Source: Candidatus Firestoneibacteriota bacterium (GTDB taxonomy: Bacteria > Oederibacteriota > D2-FULL-39-29). From it: a stretch of 64,000 nucleotides of DNA. The notes under the pieces were generated by a model. It made no database searches. It was given only the letters and a program-made list of their open reading frames with translations, and was not told the DNA's origin. Shown here one piece after another: positions 16,807 to 27,621 of the stretch. Position 1 is the stretch's first letter, and every line of letters starts with the position of its first letter. The position numbers were made by a program, and so were the translations under genes. The stretch spans positions 21,205 to 85,204 of the forward strand of contig CAITEH010000033.1 in the NCBI GenBank assembly GCA_903891415.1, in the 5' to 3' direction.

Positions 16807-19035
16807 TTAAACCGCCTTCATTTTCGAAGCCTGCTCGGAAAATTCCTTCTGCATGATTATTAACCTGCTAAAGAGGCCTTTCTTTGCCATCAATTCTTTA
16901 TGCGTCCCCATCTCAACTATCTTACCGTCCTTGATAACTATCAGCCGGTTACAGTTCCTTAAAGTTGAAAGCCGGTGGGCTATCGCTATGGTGGTCCTGT
17001 TTTTTGTAAGTTTTTCAAGGGCATCTTGTATCTTTTTTTCAGTTTGCACATCTACCGAGGAGGTAGCTTCATCAAGGATCAGCACTCTGGGGTTCCGGAG
17101 TATCGCTCTGGCTATGGACACCATCTGCTTTTCGCCGCCGGAAAGGTTGTTTCCCCTTTCCCCCACATCGGTATCATAGCCATCGGGTTTTTTTAAGATA
17201 AATTCATGCGCGTTGGCCGCGATCGAGGCCTCGATAACTTCTTCCCTGGTGGAGCCGGGCTTAGCGTAGGCAATATTCTCGTAGATGGTCCCGTTGAACA
17301 AAAAGGTCTCCTGCAGAACTATCCCAATCTGGCTTCTCAAGTCGGCAAGTTTTATGTTTTTGATCTCTTCCCCGTCAATACGTATCTCGCCCTTGTTCAC
17401 GTCATAAAGGCGGCAGATAAGATTAACCATTGTGCTTTTTCCCGCGCCGCTTCTCCCCACAAGTCCGATCATTTCATTCGGCTTGATCTCAAGGGTCATG
17501 CGTTTGATCACCGGCTTGTATTTATTGTAACCGAAGGATACATTGTCAAATTCTATTCCGCCCCGGAGCTCTTTTACCTCTTTCGGTAACCCGGTATCCT
17601 TTATCTCCGGTTCGGTATCAACTATGTCAAATACCCTTTCTGCTGCGGACAGTGAGTTGGAGATCATCTCGACCATGCGGGTCAGGGTCCGTATGGGATT
17701 ATAGAACATGGCGAGGTAACCGGTATACGCCACAATATCTCCGACAGACATTCTATTTTTTAAAATAAAATCACCGCCTATATACCAGACCAGGACGGAC
17801 CCAAAGATAATGAATAAATGGAGTATCGGATGGTAAATACCCCACTGGCTGTTCATCTCAATACCGGCATCCCTGTATTCCCCGCTTCTTTTTTTAAATT
17901 TCTCTATTTCAACCTTTTCCTGGCCAAACGCCTTTATCACCCGTATACCGGAAACCGAATCGTTCACAAGTACGGAGAGCATCGCCCTTTTATGGTAAAA
18001 CCTGTGAAAGTAGGTACGGACCTTGGGGAAGATCCACTTTAAAAATATTACGGTCGGAACTATAGGTATCAGGATATAAAGGGTCAGTTCCCAGCTTATA
18101 AAGATCAGGAGCGCGCCGACGCCAAAGAACATAATAACGCCTTCAAGCGTTATCGGGATAAAATCCACCAGGAACCTCTGGAGTTCACCGGTGTCCTGAT
18201 TGACCCTGGAGAGGATGGCCCCCGTCTGGTTCTTATCAAAATACGACATCGAGAGTTCCTGGAGTTTTTCATAAACCGCGGCACGTACGTCATAGACGGT
18301 CTTGTACCCCAGAGACCCGGAAAGCCTTTCCAGGAAAAAGCCGCTGAAAAGCTGCTGGGCCGCGTAGGAAAGAAACAGGGCCAGAGAAGCCAGAAACAAC
18401 CACTCCGATTTCGTAAACCTTTTTACGACTGCATCCGGCTTTAAGATATCATCTATGATCAGTTTGGTAAGATACGGCGCGACCAGGCCGAACAGTGACC
18501 CGACCGCCATAACCAGGATTATCATGACAATGGTAAAACTATATGGTTTGGCAAAACTCATTATCCGAAGAAGTGTCTTGGTTTTATCGGTGCATTTCGG
18601 ACACTTTCCAAGGTCTTCGGGTATGGGCTGGTTACAGATCTCACAAACCGCTTTTGGTTTGAGCCTGCCTTTGGTTGCAACCTCACGTCCCTTTAAGATA
18701 TTACCTATATCCTCTACCGCCTGATAAAATTCCGAGTTCTTGGCATTTGAATAAAGGATAATGCGGTAGATGAATTTACCCATATTGACTTCTAAGGCGC
18801 TGCTGCCGACCAGATCAACTATCTCAACCTCTTTGACCTCCTTTAATCTTACAGAGTGCAAGACCTGCCCGGTACCTGAAAAAACCAGCATATTTTTGTC
18901 TGTCACAATAAGCCATTCTTCGCCAAAAGAACCGTCATATTTTATATCCGTGTTTAAAGTTAGCAGTATTTTGCCATGACGCAATTCTTTTTTTATTTTT
19001 TCTCTGATATTTCCGGGTATTTTTTCATCTTCCAT
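16807..19035 (-). CDS. ABC exporter (fused TMD-NBD) with N-terminal PH-like domain and zinc ribbon
   Basis: 742 aa. Walker A GRSGAGKST, signature LSGGEKQ, Walker B ILILDEATS. N-terminal ~150 aa soluble region containing CEICNQ...CPKC. Confidence 0.9.
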   Translation of the reverse strand: MEDEKIPGNIREKIKKELRHGKILLTLNTDIKYDGSFGEEWLIVTDKNMLVFSGTGQVLHSVRLKEVKEVEIVDLVGSSALEVNMGKFIYRIILYSNAKNSEFYQAVEDIGNILKGREVATKGRLKPKAVCEICNQPIPEDLGKCPKCTDKTKTLLRIMSFAKPYSFTIVMIILVMAVGSLFGLVAPYLTKLIIDDILKPDAVVKRFTKSEWLFLASLALFLSYAAQQLFSGFFLERLSGSLGYKTVYDVRAAVYEKLQELSMSYFDKNQTGAILSRVNQDTGELQRFLVDFIPITLEGVIMFFGVGALLIFISWELTLYILIPIVPTVIFLKWIFPKVRTYFHRFYHKRAMLSVLVNDSVSGIRVIKAFGQEKVEIEKFKKRSGEYRDAGIEMNSQWGIYHPILHLFIIFGSVLVWYIGGDFILKNRMSVGDIVAYTGYLAMFYNPIRTLTRMVEMISNSLSAAERVFDIVDTEPEIKDTGLPKEVKELRGGIEFDNVSFGYNKYKPVIKRMTLEIKPNEMIGLVGRSGAGKSTMVNLICRLYDVNKGEIRIDGEEIKNIKLADLRSQIGIVLQETFLFNGTIYENIAYAKPGSTREEVIEASIAANAHEFILKKPDGYDTDVGERGNNLSGGEKQMVSIARAILRNPRVLILDEATSSVDVQTEKKIQDALEKLTKNRTTIAIAHRLSTLRNCNRLIVIKDGKIVEMGTHKELMAKKGLFSRLIIMQKEFSEQASKMKAV

Positions 19036-19098
19036 ATATTCTGATTATACCTTTATACCGGTTGCCAATCAATAATATTGTTTTTCCAAGAAAACTCG

Positions 19099-19127
19099 TT
19101 GACAAAAACCTGACTTTTGCTTATACT
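19099..19127 (+). promoter_or_regulatory. sigma70-type promoter for the PAS/HD-GYP gene
   Basis: TTGACA, 17-nt spacer, TATACT, ending 26 nt before ATG 19153. Confidence 0.5.
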
Positions 19128-19152
19128 AATCAAATATGGAGCACCTAGATAG

Positions 19153-21426
19153 ATGAAAAACACTCCGGCAAATCCCAGGGCCTTGAGTTACGGCGAAGCA
19201 AAAATTATTCAAAAAAAATATATTTCGCATTTAAGCAGTATTATAGAAATATTAAGCCGGCTCTCCGCGGAAACCGAGCTTAAGGTGATCTGCCGGAAAG
19301 CTGTCTTTTTTGCAAAAAACCGCCTCGGCCTTGATAATATGGAAATTTCCCTTTCCGGCAGCCGCAATAAAAACAAGCTTTCATTCTTAGACTACAACAA
19401 CAAAGCAGGCAAAAAAAGCCAAAATCTTTTTGACGGTAAGGATGTTCTGCGGATCCAAAAAATTCCCGCAAAAACAATCAAAGGTAAGGTAAAAAAGAAC
19501 TGCTGGAAAATTTCAATTCCTATCAGAAGCAAAACAAAAGATCCTGCCGGCATTGCCGGTGTTATTTCTAATTTTTGTGAAAATAAACCGGATGCCTATA
19601 CACTTTCTGTTCTGCGGCTCTACACCATGGGGATATACTATCTTATTCAAAAAGCAATGGCTTTTGACCGGATCCGTTCTTCCGATGCCCTGCATAAGAG
19701 GATCCTTAATGCCGTGGACTCCTCCATACTCGTCCTTACCCCGGAAATTAAACTGGCTTTTGCCAATGATTATTTTTCAAGAACAATGAAACAGCTGGGG
19801 TTACCGCCGCTTAAGGCCGGGGATTATTTCCTGAAGGAAAATCCCGAATACCGAAAAGCCTTTCCAAAAATACAGGGCTATTACAATAAGATCGTTAAAA
19901 CAAAAAAGCCCTTCAACACTATTGATTCCTCTGCCGCCGGTAAAAAACTGACGCTCTATTATGAAGCAAAAAGGATCCCGGTCTTGAACCGGAAGAAAGA
20001 GCTCGAGCTCATTATAAATATTTCCAATAATATAACCTTTGAAAAGACAACTCTGAACAAGCTCCGGCAAACCGAGGACTTTCTGGAAAATGTCTTTAAC
20101 AGCATTCAGGACGGAATATGCGTGCTGGATAAACATATGAATATTATCAAGGTTAATAAAGTAATGGAAAAATGGTACCCGGATTCCTTGCCCCTTATAG
20201 GAAAAAAATGCTTTAGGGCCTATCATTTCAGGGAAACTCCCTGCATCTTTTGCCCGACAAAAAAGACCCTGAAAACCGGTAAAACCTGTCATCAAATTGT
20301 TCAAAAAATGGGCAAATCAGGACAAGAAGGCTGGCTGGATCTTTTCGCCTATCCTTTAAAAAACCAAAAGACCGGAAAAATCGAGGGAGCAATCGAATAT
20401 GTTAAAAACATTACTAAAGACAAGGCGGACGAAGAACAACTGATCGCGAGCGAGACAAAATATAAAGAACTTTGGAATAATGCTCCGGTCGCCTATCATA
20501 CTTTAAGTCCGGAAGGTATTATTACCAGCGTCAATGAAACAGAATTAAAAATGCTGGGCTACTCTCTTAAAGACATGCTAGGTAAGCCTATCTTTAAGTT
20601 TATTGAACCCTCACAGAGAGAAGAAGCACGTCTCCGGTTCCTCAGAAAGATCTCAGGTAGGGAGACCGCTAAATCAGATAATCGTATCTATATTAGGAAC
20701 GGAGGCGCGAAAATATTTGTCTCCGTGGAAGATGTACTGGAATATGACCGGAATCACGAGGTTGTAAGTGTCAGGACCACAATGATAGATGTGACTCGTC
20801 AGCGGCAGATAGAAAACGCGCTCCACCACAGTTTTTCCAAGTTGAAAAAAAATATGGATGACGCGATGCGGGTCATTGCCCGGCTGGTTGAAATGCGGGA
20901 TCCTTATACAGCCGGCCATCAGATCCGGGTGGCTGAACTTGCCTGCGCCATCGCCAGAGAGCTGGGGCTTAATGAAGATACGGTTGAAAAGATCAGAATG
21001 GCAGGCGTGATGCATGATATAGGAAAAATTAACGTTCCTATTGAGATCCTGAGCAAGCCCGGGAAAATAAGCGAATCTGAAATGAATATTATCAAGATCC
21101 ACCCATCCGTCGGCTATGAAATATTAAAAGAGATGGACTTTCCCTACCCTGTAGCGGAGGCAGTACTCCAGCATCACGAGCGTATGGACGGAGAAGGTTA
21201 TCCAGGCAGGTTAAGGCCCAACAGGATACTTATGGAAGCCAGGATACTGATGGTGGCCGATGTTGTGGAAGCTATGTCTTCGCACAGGCCCTACAGGCCT
21301 TCGAAAGGCCTGAAGGAAGCCCTGAAAGAAATACAAAAAAATAAGAATAAACTTTATGATCCCAATGTCGCAAAGGCCTGCTTAAATGTTTTCAAGAAAA
21401 CAAAATTTGTATTTTCTGAAAATTAA
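19153..21426 (+). CDS. PAS-domain HD-GYP protein (putative c-di-GMP phosphodiesterase)
   Basis: 757 aa. Two PAS-like segments, then HD-GYP signatures (GVMHDIGK, HHERMDGEGYP). Confidence 0.85.
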   Translation: MKNTPANPRALSYGEAKIIQKKYISHLSSIIEILSRLSAETELKVICRKAVFFAKNRLGLDNMEISLSGSRNKNKLSFLDYNNKAGKKSQNLFDGKDVLRIQKIPAKTIKGKVKKNCWKISIPIRSKTKDPAGIAGVISNFCENKPDAYTLSVLRLYTMGIYYLIQKAMAFDRIRSSDALHKRILNAVDSSILVLTPEIKLAFANDYFSRTMKQLGLPPLKAGDYFLKENPEYRKAFPKIQGYYNKIVKTKKPFNTIDSSAAGKKLTLYYEAKRIPVLNRKKELELIINISNNITFEKTTLNKLRQTEDFLENVFNSIQDGICVLDKHMNIIKVNKVMEKWYPDSLPLIGKKCFRAYHFRETPCIFCPTKKTLKTGKTCHQIVQKMGKSGQEGWLDLFAYPLKNQKTGKIEGAIEYVKNITKDKADEEQLIASETKYKELWNNAPVAYHTLSPEGIITSVNETELKMLGYSLKDMLGKPIFKFIEPSQREEARLRFLRKISGRETAKSDNRIYIRNGGAKIFVSVEDVLEYDRNHEVVSVRTTMIDVTRQRQIENALHHSFSKLKKNMDDAMRVIARLVEMRDPYTAGHQIRVAELACAIARELGLNEDTVEKIRMAGVMHDIGKINVPIEILSKPGKISESEMNIIKIHPSVGYEILKEMDFPYPVAEAVLQHHERMDGEGYPGRLRPNRILMEARILMVADVVEAMSSHRPYRPSKGLKEALKEIQKNKNKLYDPNVAKACLNVFKKTKFVFSEN

Positions 21427-21480
21427 CCCTACCCCTGAAATGGCATTTTTCAAAGGATTACCAGGAACTCAAAACTTGCT

Positions 21481-23064
21481 TTAACGTTTCATTGCCGGCG
21501 AAATAAATATTCTTATACCCTTTAATTCTTTTCCCTTGATCTTTTTTATTACTTCCCGCGCTTTTTCCAACGGTACCTCAAAAAAGGAGAACCGGTCATG
21601 CAGGCTGACCCGGAATATCTCCCCTGCTGAAATCCCTCCTTCTTTCTCGATAAATTTTACAAAATCAGGAGCCAGCAAGCCGTTTTCTTTGCCTATATTA
21701 ATGAATAGTCTTACCCGTCCGGGGACCGCGCCGGTATTATTCAGATCATCTTCGTCCACATCCTCTTTCTCCGGGGCGCCGGCAGTCATCAGCTTTAACA
21801 GCGCGGCGGCTATATCCATGGCCGCGTAATCATCACTGACAATGGTTTCGGCAAGATCCATATAGTGGTCCAGCTTGCCTTCATCTATAGTTTTCTTTAC
21901 TCTTTCTATAATCTGATTCCTTCTTATGTCTTCCAGGTCGCGCGTTGAGGGGATCTTTGCGCGATTTATTTTGGTCTTGGCATAACGCTGAATATCTTTT
22001 AATTTATAGATCTCATTACCTACTACAAAAGTATACGCTTTGCCGGTTTTTCCCGCCCTGCCTGTACGCCCTATCCTGTGCACATAGGCATCCTCGTCCT
22101 GGGGAACATCGAAATTGAAGACCGCTTCCACATTTTCTATATCAAGGCCGCGCGCCGCGACATCCGTAGCCACAAGAATTTCTATGGCACCACGCCTGAA
22201 TTTCCCCATGACCCGGTCCCTTGAAGCTTGTTTCAGGTCCCCGTGCAAACCTTCAACCGCATAGCCCCGGGCTTGAAGCGCGTCCACAATATCATCAACC
22301 TGGCGTTTCGTATTGCAAAAAACCAGAGAAAGCTTAATATTATTAAAATCTATAAGATTGGCAAGTACATCGAGTTTTCCGCTGGACCTTACATCGACAT
22401 AGAACTGTTCTATGGCCGGTACGGTCAAGGTCTCGTGCGCGACCCTGATATGGACAGGGTCTTTCTGGAATTTTCTAGTAAGGTCCAAAAATGCTTTTGG
22501 CATAGTGGCGGAGAAGAACATGGTCTGCCTTTCCTTGGGTACCTTCTTGAGTATTTCGGTGATATCATCTACAAAACCCATATCCAGCATCCTGTCGGCT
22601 TCATCCAGCACCACCATTTTTACCTTGTCAAAACGGATAGATCCCCTGTTGATATGATCTATTATCCTGCCCGGGGTTCCGATAACGACCTGGACCCCCC
22701 GCTGGAGAGCTGCCAGCTGCCTGCCGATAGGCTGCCCGCCATATACAGGGAGAGTAAAGATACCTCTTTTATATTTTATAAGCCGCTTCATTTCTTCCGC
22801 CACCTGTATCGCAAGTTCCCGGGTCGGACACATGATCAGGGCCTGTATTTCTTTTTTCTTCGCGTCTATTTTTTCAAGGATAGGAATGCCAAAAGCCAGG
22901 GTCTTTCCTGTGCCTGTCTGGGCCTGCCCGTTCACGTCCTTGCCCTCAAGCAGGGGCGGTATTGTCGAGGTTTGTATCGGAGTAGTTTCTTCAAAACCCA
23001 TATCCGATATGGCTTTCAATATATCGCCCGATATTTTCAGTTCTGTGAATTTTAAATTTTCCAT
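21481..23064 (-). CDS. DEAD-box ATP-dependent RNA helicase with DbpA-like C-terminal domain
   Basis: 527 aa. Q-motif, AQTGTGKT, DEAD (VLDEADRM), SAT, HRIGRTGRAG. Confidence 0.9.
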   Translation of the reverse strand: MENLKFTELKISGDILKAISDMGFEETTPIQTSTIPPLLEGKDVNGQAQTGTGKTLAFGIPILEKIDAKKKEIQALIMCPTRELAIQVAEEMKRLIKYKRGIFTLPVYGGQPIGRQLAALQRGVQVVIGTPGRIIDHINRGSIRFDKVKMVVLDEADRMLDMGFVDDITEILKKVPKERQTMFFSATMPKAFLDLTRKFQKDPVHIRVAHETLTVPAIEQFYVDVRSSGKLDVLANLIDFNNIKLSLVFCNTKRQVDDIVDALQARGYAVEGLHGDLKQASRDRVMGKFRRGAIEILVATDVAARGLDIENVEAVFNFDVPQDEDAYVHRIGRTGRAGKTGKAYTFVVGNEIYKLKDIQRYAKTKINRAKIPSTRDLEDIRRNQIIERVKKTIDEGKLDHYMDLAETIVSDDYAAMDIAAALLKLMTAGAPEKEDVDEDDLNNTGAVPGRVRLFINIGKENGLLAPDFVKFIEKEGGISAGEIFRVSLHDRFSFFEVPLEKAREVIKKIKGKELKGIRIFISPAMKR

Positions 23065-23218
23065 ATGCTCCTCTCTGATTGTTGTATCCCGTGATTAAAT
23101 CTAAAGGCCTGTTGGATTTTTGCGGGATTTTCTTTATCTCTTATTGATGATACAGTAATAACCTGCCAAACTCAACATAAATGTTGCGTAACTATTTAAA
23201 ACATATTATAATCAAGGC

Positions 23219-23710
23219 ATGGAGCCGGGAGCCGGATATAATAGAAAAGCAGTTTTAGAAACTTTTCGCGTCATCTATGCCATTGAGATGGAAATCTCCC
23301 GCCTGTATTCAATTTTTGCCGCCCAGTTCCCTGAAGAAAACTCTTTCTGGAAAAAAACTTCAGCTGAAGAAGTTACCCATGCCGACAATATTAAAAGAAT
23401 AATTATGCTTATTGCCGAAAACCAGCTAGAATATAAAATAGGCAAAGCTTTCAGCCATAAAGCAGCAATGCTTATCCTGGAAAATATAAAACTTTATGTA
23501 AGTGATGCAAACGAAAAGCTCCTTTCAAAAGCGGAGACCTTAATTATAGCGCGTGGCCTGGAAATTTCCCTGCTGGAAGCCGAATACATGGATTACCTGA
23601 TAACCGATAATAAGGAATACAATGATTTTATAAAGCAGATAATAAAGGAAGAAACGCAGCATAAAAACTTGATCGAAACAAAATACAAAGAATATTTTCC
23701 TCAGGCGTGA
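23219..23710 (+). CDS. hypothetical ferritin-like/rubrerythrin-like helical protein
   Basis: 163 aa. Two E..H elements (EEVTHA, EETQHK) in predicted helices. Assignment is weak. Confidence 0.4.
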   Translation: MEPGAGYNRKAVLETFRVIYAIEMEISRLYSIFAAQFPEENSFWKKTSAEEVTHADNIKRIIMLIAENQLEYKIGKAFSHKAAMLILENIKLYVSDANEKLLSKAETLIIARGLEISLLEAEYMDYLITDNKEYNDFIKQIIKEETQHKNLIETKYKEYFPQA

Positions 23711-23738
23711 CCGGCAGCTCCTTTCGAAATTCCGTAAG

Positions 23739-24491
23739 TTATTTTTCCACAGTGCAGGTGCGTTCTTCAATTTCTTTTGCGGCCTGTATCTTGCCGGTTT
23801 TCTTGACATCAATAAATTTACATATCCTGCCGTCAACCAGTTCGTATATATGGTCGGCTTTTAAGGCCACATCCCGGTCATGCGTCACCATCACCATGGT
23901 TATATTATTTTCGTGATTAAGCTCAGCCATAAGTTCAAGCACGGCAACCCCGCTCTCCCGGTCCAGGTTACCGGTCGGCTCATCGGCAAAAATAAGTTTA
24001 GGTTTGTTAATAAGCGCCCGGGCAATGGAAATACGCTGCTGCTGGCCTCCCGACAGTTCGTAAGTGTATTTATTCTTTAATTTTTCCACGCCTATGCGTT
24101 CCATGATACGGAGAGCTTCCTTTTCCAGCTCCAAAGCCGGCTTTCCGTTCCGTATCCAGCAAGGCAGAAGTATATTCTCAAAGGCGGTAAATTCCGGGAG
24201 TAGGTAATGGAACTGAAAAATAAAACCGATGTTCGCATTCCTGAAATCAGCGAGTTCGTTGACATTTTGAGAAATAATGCTTTTGCCGTCAAAATTGATC
24301 TCCCCGGAGGTTTGGGGATCCAGCAAGCCCAAACAATTAAGCAGGGTGCTTTTGCCAGAACCGGACGGGCCTATCAAGGCGGTAAAACTGCCTCTCTCTA
24401 TTTCGATATTTATGTCAAATAACACAGGGGTGTCTATCTTCCCCGTATAAGTTTTATTTAATTTATGGGTTATTAAGATCTTATCCGCCAT
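23739..24491 (-). CDS. ABC transporter ATP-binding protein (MacB/LolD type)
   Basis: [31 protein letters not shown] 24491 ([11 protein letters not shown]) is preferred; it overlaps the stop of the upstream permease by 11 nt. Confidence 0.9.
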   Translation of the reverse strand: MADKILITHKLNKTYTGKIDTPVLFDINIEIERGSFTALIGPSGSGKSTLLNCLGLLDPQTSGEINFDGKSIISQNVNELADFRNANIGFIFQFHYLLPEFTAFENILLPCWIRNGKPALELEKEALRIMERIGVEKLKNKYTYELSGGQQQRISIARALINKPKLIFADEPTGNLDRESGVAVLELMAELNHENNITMVMVTHDRDVALKADHIYELVDGRICKFIDVKKTGKIQAAKEIEERTCTVEK

Positions 24492-25692
24492 TTCTGATAA
24501 CCTCAATGGGCGAGAGCTTAGCCGCCCTTCTAGCCGGAATGGTGGAGGCAAGGACTGAAGCCAGCATGGCAAGGATTATCGGAGTAAAAAGCGTCCGGGC
24601 ATTTATCTCAAAACCGAAGTTCACGCCTGTGCCTTTGATAAAACCGTAGGCCAGGAGCAGCCCGAAACATACCCCGAGGATAGAACCCGCGCTTCCGAGC
24701 AGGAAGCCCTGAATTATAAATATTTTTGAGGCGCTCCTATCGGTAGTCCCCATGGCTTTAAGTATCCCGAGCTGGCGCTGTTTCTGTATCGCGGCAATAC
24801 CCAGGACGCTAGCAATACCTAAAGATATGCTGATTATCACAAAGAATTGTATGGTGTCGGAAGAGGAACTCTGGGAACTCAGCGCGGTAAGCAGTTCCCG
24901 GTTCTTCTCCTGCCATGACTCGAGTTTTACCCGTTCGTACTGCCGGCCGTATTCTTTTGAGATCTTTTCCGCTGAAAAGACATCCTTGACCTGCACCTCT
25001 ATAGCGGAAACGCCTTCAATGCCAAAAAAACTCCGCACCATATCTATTGAAATAACTACCAGTTCATTCCCTGCGGAAGACCCGAGGTCAAAGATACCGC
25101 CTACCCGCAGGAAGACCTGATCCCCTTTATTATTCCTTAAGAAGAATTTGTCGCCAATTCCCAGGGTAAGCCTGTCGGCAAGGCCTTTACCCAGGAGGGC
25201 AGAATCGGAGGAGAGCCCGGGAATACCGGCTATGATGTTTTTTCTGATCTTGTAGATATCAAGGCCGTCCGGAGCGGTCAACCCCTTGACAAGGACCGGA
25301 ACAACGGACCCACCCCTTTCTATAAAACCCGAGCCATTGGCCGCAGGCGCGGCGAAAAGTATCCTCTTATCTTTTTTCAGGTCGTTGACATATTGCTGCC
25401 AGGAGTAGATTTCGGTCCTTTCTTCGTAGAGAACTTTTTTGTTATCACTGATACCGGCCATAGTGCTTACAGGTTTTGCTATCCTGTCCGCGGGCAGAAT
25501 GTTAATATGCGGAGCAGCTCCGACGGTACGGTCTATCAGGCTTATCTGCAATCCCCCGATAAGAGAAGAAAGGAAGAACTGGACCGCGACACCCACGGCG
25601 ATCCCGAGGACAATAAGAAAGGTCTGACCCCTGCCTTTGAAGAGGAACTTGAGAGCTACCATCAATTCATATTGATTCTTGTTGTTTTTCAT
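24481..25692 (-). CDS. ABC transporter permease, FtsX/MacB/LolE family
   Basis: 403 aa. N-terminal TM, large periplasmic domain, and C-terminal FtsX-type 3-TM bundle. Confidence 0.85.
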   Translation of the reverse strand: MKNNKNQYELMVALKFLFKGRGQTFLIVLGIAVGVAVQFFLSSLIGGLQISLIDRTVGAAPHINILPADRIAKPVSTMAGISDNKKVLYEERTEIYSWQQYVNDLKKDKRILFAAPAANGSGFIERGGSVVPVLVKGLTAPDGLDIYKIRKNIIAGIPGLSSDSALLGKGLADRLTLGIGDKFFLRNNKGDQVFLRVGGIFDLGSSAGNELVVISIDMVRSFFGIEGVSAIEVQVKDVFSAEKISKEYGRQYERVKLESWQEKNRELLTALSSQSSSSDTIQFFVIISISLGIASVLGIAAIQKQRQLGILKAMGTTDRSASKIFIIQGFLLGSAGSILGVCFGLLLAYGFIKGTGVNFGFEINARTLFTPIILAMLASVLASTIPARRAAKLSPIEVIRNGG

Positions 25693-26840
25693 TTAGGAAG
25701 CATTATCCTTGAACCTTCAGGAATATTCTTAACGCTTACCCACTTTTCACCTATCGTATTGAATTCCACCGGGACTTTTTCTGTTTTTTTGTTCACTTGC
25801 ACCAGGACAAAATTACCTGTTTTTTCGCGCACTATGTATTTCGAAGGGAGCGCCAGGACATTTATATTTATATTTTCCATTCTTTTTCCAGCTATTTCGG
25901 CATTACCCGTCATACCGTGCTTGATGAAGGATTTATTTTCTTTTATCTGGAGTTTAAGATTACAGGTGCCCTTGGCGCCGTCTATAGTGGAACAGACCAG
26001 GCTGATATTCGCTTTTACCTTCTCGGTCGGATACGCGTCGAACATTATAAAGCAGGGCAGTCCTGTCTCCAGAAAACTTACTTCTTTCTGGTCAACATTG
26101 GTTTCAACGATCCAGGGCTTTTTTTCCAGTATGGTAATTGCTTTTTTTCCGGCCGCGACCGTTTCGCCCTCTTTAATATCTATTTTAATTATTGTACAGT
26201 CATACGGCGAGATAAACTGTTTTTCGCTTACCGCCCGCCTGGCAAGTTCCACCTGCGCGTTAAGGATATTCAGCTGATTAATAAGTTCCGCGGCCGCGCC
26301 GCTTTTGGAATAGGAATCGAGTTGAAGTTTTGTCTGGTTAAATCTTGCCTGGGCAGTATCATATTTTGTTTTGGCGTTTTCCAGTTCCGCTTTTGAGACG
26401 GACCCGCCGTTAAAAAGTATCTTAATGCGTTCATACTGGTTTTTCGCGTCGGTCAAACCCGCAGTATCGTCGTTTAACTGCTCTTTTATTCTCGGATATG
26501 TTTCTTCCCTGGAATTTTTAAGCTTAAGTTTTGCATTTTCATAATTATTCATTGCAATAGTAAGATTCTGCTTTTCCTTGAAATCATCAACCTGGATAAG
26601 CAAATCGCCTTTTTTAACCTGCTGGCCTTCGGCAACCGGTATGCTTTTTACATCTCCCTCTACCTTTGCCGCCATTTCATAGGGCTCGGGAAAACTTACT
26701 GTGCAGCTGGCGAGTATCTTGTAGTCAATATCAGTTCTTTTCAGGGTATATGTTTCTTCGGCCGGTTTTTTTAACAGGAAGGCAAAAAGAAAAGCAATAA
26801 CAGCAAAACCAATAAGAAGAACTATCGCTTTATTTTTCAT
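25689..26840 (-). CDS. periplasmic adaptor subunit (HlyD/MacA family)
   Basis: 383 aa. Signal anchor, coiled-coil hairpin and beta-barrel regions. 4-nt overlap with the permease. Confidence 0.85.
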   Translation of the reverse strand: MKNKAIVLLIGFAVIAFLFAFLLKKPAEETYTLKRTDIDYKILASCTVSFPEPYEMAAKVEGDVKSIPVAEGQQVKKGDLLIQVDDFKEKQNLTIAMNNYENAKLKLKNSREETYPRIKEQLNDDTAGLTDAKNQYERIKILFNGGSVSKAELENAKTKYDTAQARFNQTKLQLDSYSKSGAAAELINQLNILNAQVELARRAVSEKQFISPYDCTIIKIDIKEGETVAAGKKAITILEKKPWIVETNVDQKEVSFLETGLPCFIMFDAYPTEKVKANISLVCSTIDGAKGTCNLKLQIKENKSFIKHGMTGNAEIAGKRMENININVLALPSKYIVREKTGNFVLVQVNKKTEKVPVEFNTIGEKWVSVKNIPEGSRIMLPK

Positions 26841-26925
26841 ATTTTTTCTCCCTCTGCATAGCTGAGAGTATTATACCTATAAGGCAGGTTTTTTTCCAGA
26901 TGATTATAGCCGGCTTTATTATTAA
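26814..26925. repeat. direct repeat copy 1 (5' end and upstream region of the adaptor gene)
   Basis: 26827-26925 equals 27770-27868 with one mismatch (G/T at 26861/27804). Weaker similarity extends to 26814/27757 and about 12 nt beyond the other end. Confidence 0.85.
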
Positions 26926-27149
26926 CACAAAAGAGACAGGGCCTTTTCTGGGTACCTTCTTTCAGTTCTGTTCTATGAAAGACCACCATAAATCCCGTCT
27001 TAAGTATTTTGAAGTCTACCTTAACTCCAGATTCGTAAATAGTAAAATTCGGGGAAATTTGATGTTTGAAATGAGTTTATTTTTTCTGATGTTTCGCAAA
27101 TTGCCATTGCGACCCCTGGAACGAAGAACTTGACTTAGGTGTGGATTTT

Positions 27150-27419
27150 TTATAAATCTTTATAAACAGATCTTCTGTGTTCCACACCATATAAGGTTAT
27201 TACTTTTTGATTGTGGTTTATCCAAAGCAAAATACGATAATCCCCAACACGGTATTTATGCAGATTCTTAAGTTCTTGCGGCATATATTTTAGCGGGAAT
27301 CTTAATGTTTCAGGGTGTTGCTGTATCCATTCAATTTTCGTGATGATTCTTTTTACAATACTTTTATCAAGGGCATCAATGTCTTTTTCAAAAGTAGGTG
27401 TGTACTCAACCTTATACAT
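27150..27419 (-). CDS. type II toxin, RelE/ParE family
   Basis: 89 aa. HKYRVGDYRILLWINHNQKVITLYGVEHRRSVY is a typical RelE/ParE C-terminus. Confidence 0.85.
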   Translation of the reverse strand: MYKVEYTPTFEKDIDALDKSIVKRIITKIEWIQQHPETLRFPLKYMPQELKNLHKYRVGDYRILLWINHNQKVITLYGVEHRRSVYKDL

Positions 27420-27621
27420 ATCTCTGTTTTAAAACATTGAAAGATTTTACATGACCGGATATATGCTCTTTCCTTGCTTTATGCATTTTATCAATGAATT
27501 TTTTATCTTTAGCTAAAATATAATCTTCAAATTCATCAGTAAAATTTTCTATGGTCTTTGCGGCCTTGTCCATCTTCCTAACAAGTTCTATAGGTATTTC
27601 GATAGTAGCCAGTTTGCTCAT
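27412..27621 (-). CDS. putative cognate antitoxin
   Basis: 69 aa, overlaps the toxin start by 8 nt. Family not recognised. Confidence 0.6.
   Translation of the reverse strand: MSKLATIEIPIELVRKMDKAAKTIENFTDEFEDYILAKDKKFIDKMHKARKEHISGHVKSFNVLKQRYV

Noticed and set aside
22228-23055. 275-aa + ORF inside the DEAD-box helicase gene
   Set aside because: The minus-strand frame carries every helicase motif. The + ORF is an antisense shadow.
25393-26396. Two + ORFs (294 and 199 aa) over the permease and adaptor genes
   Set aside because: They are antisense to motif-bearing efflux genes and span a gene junction.
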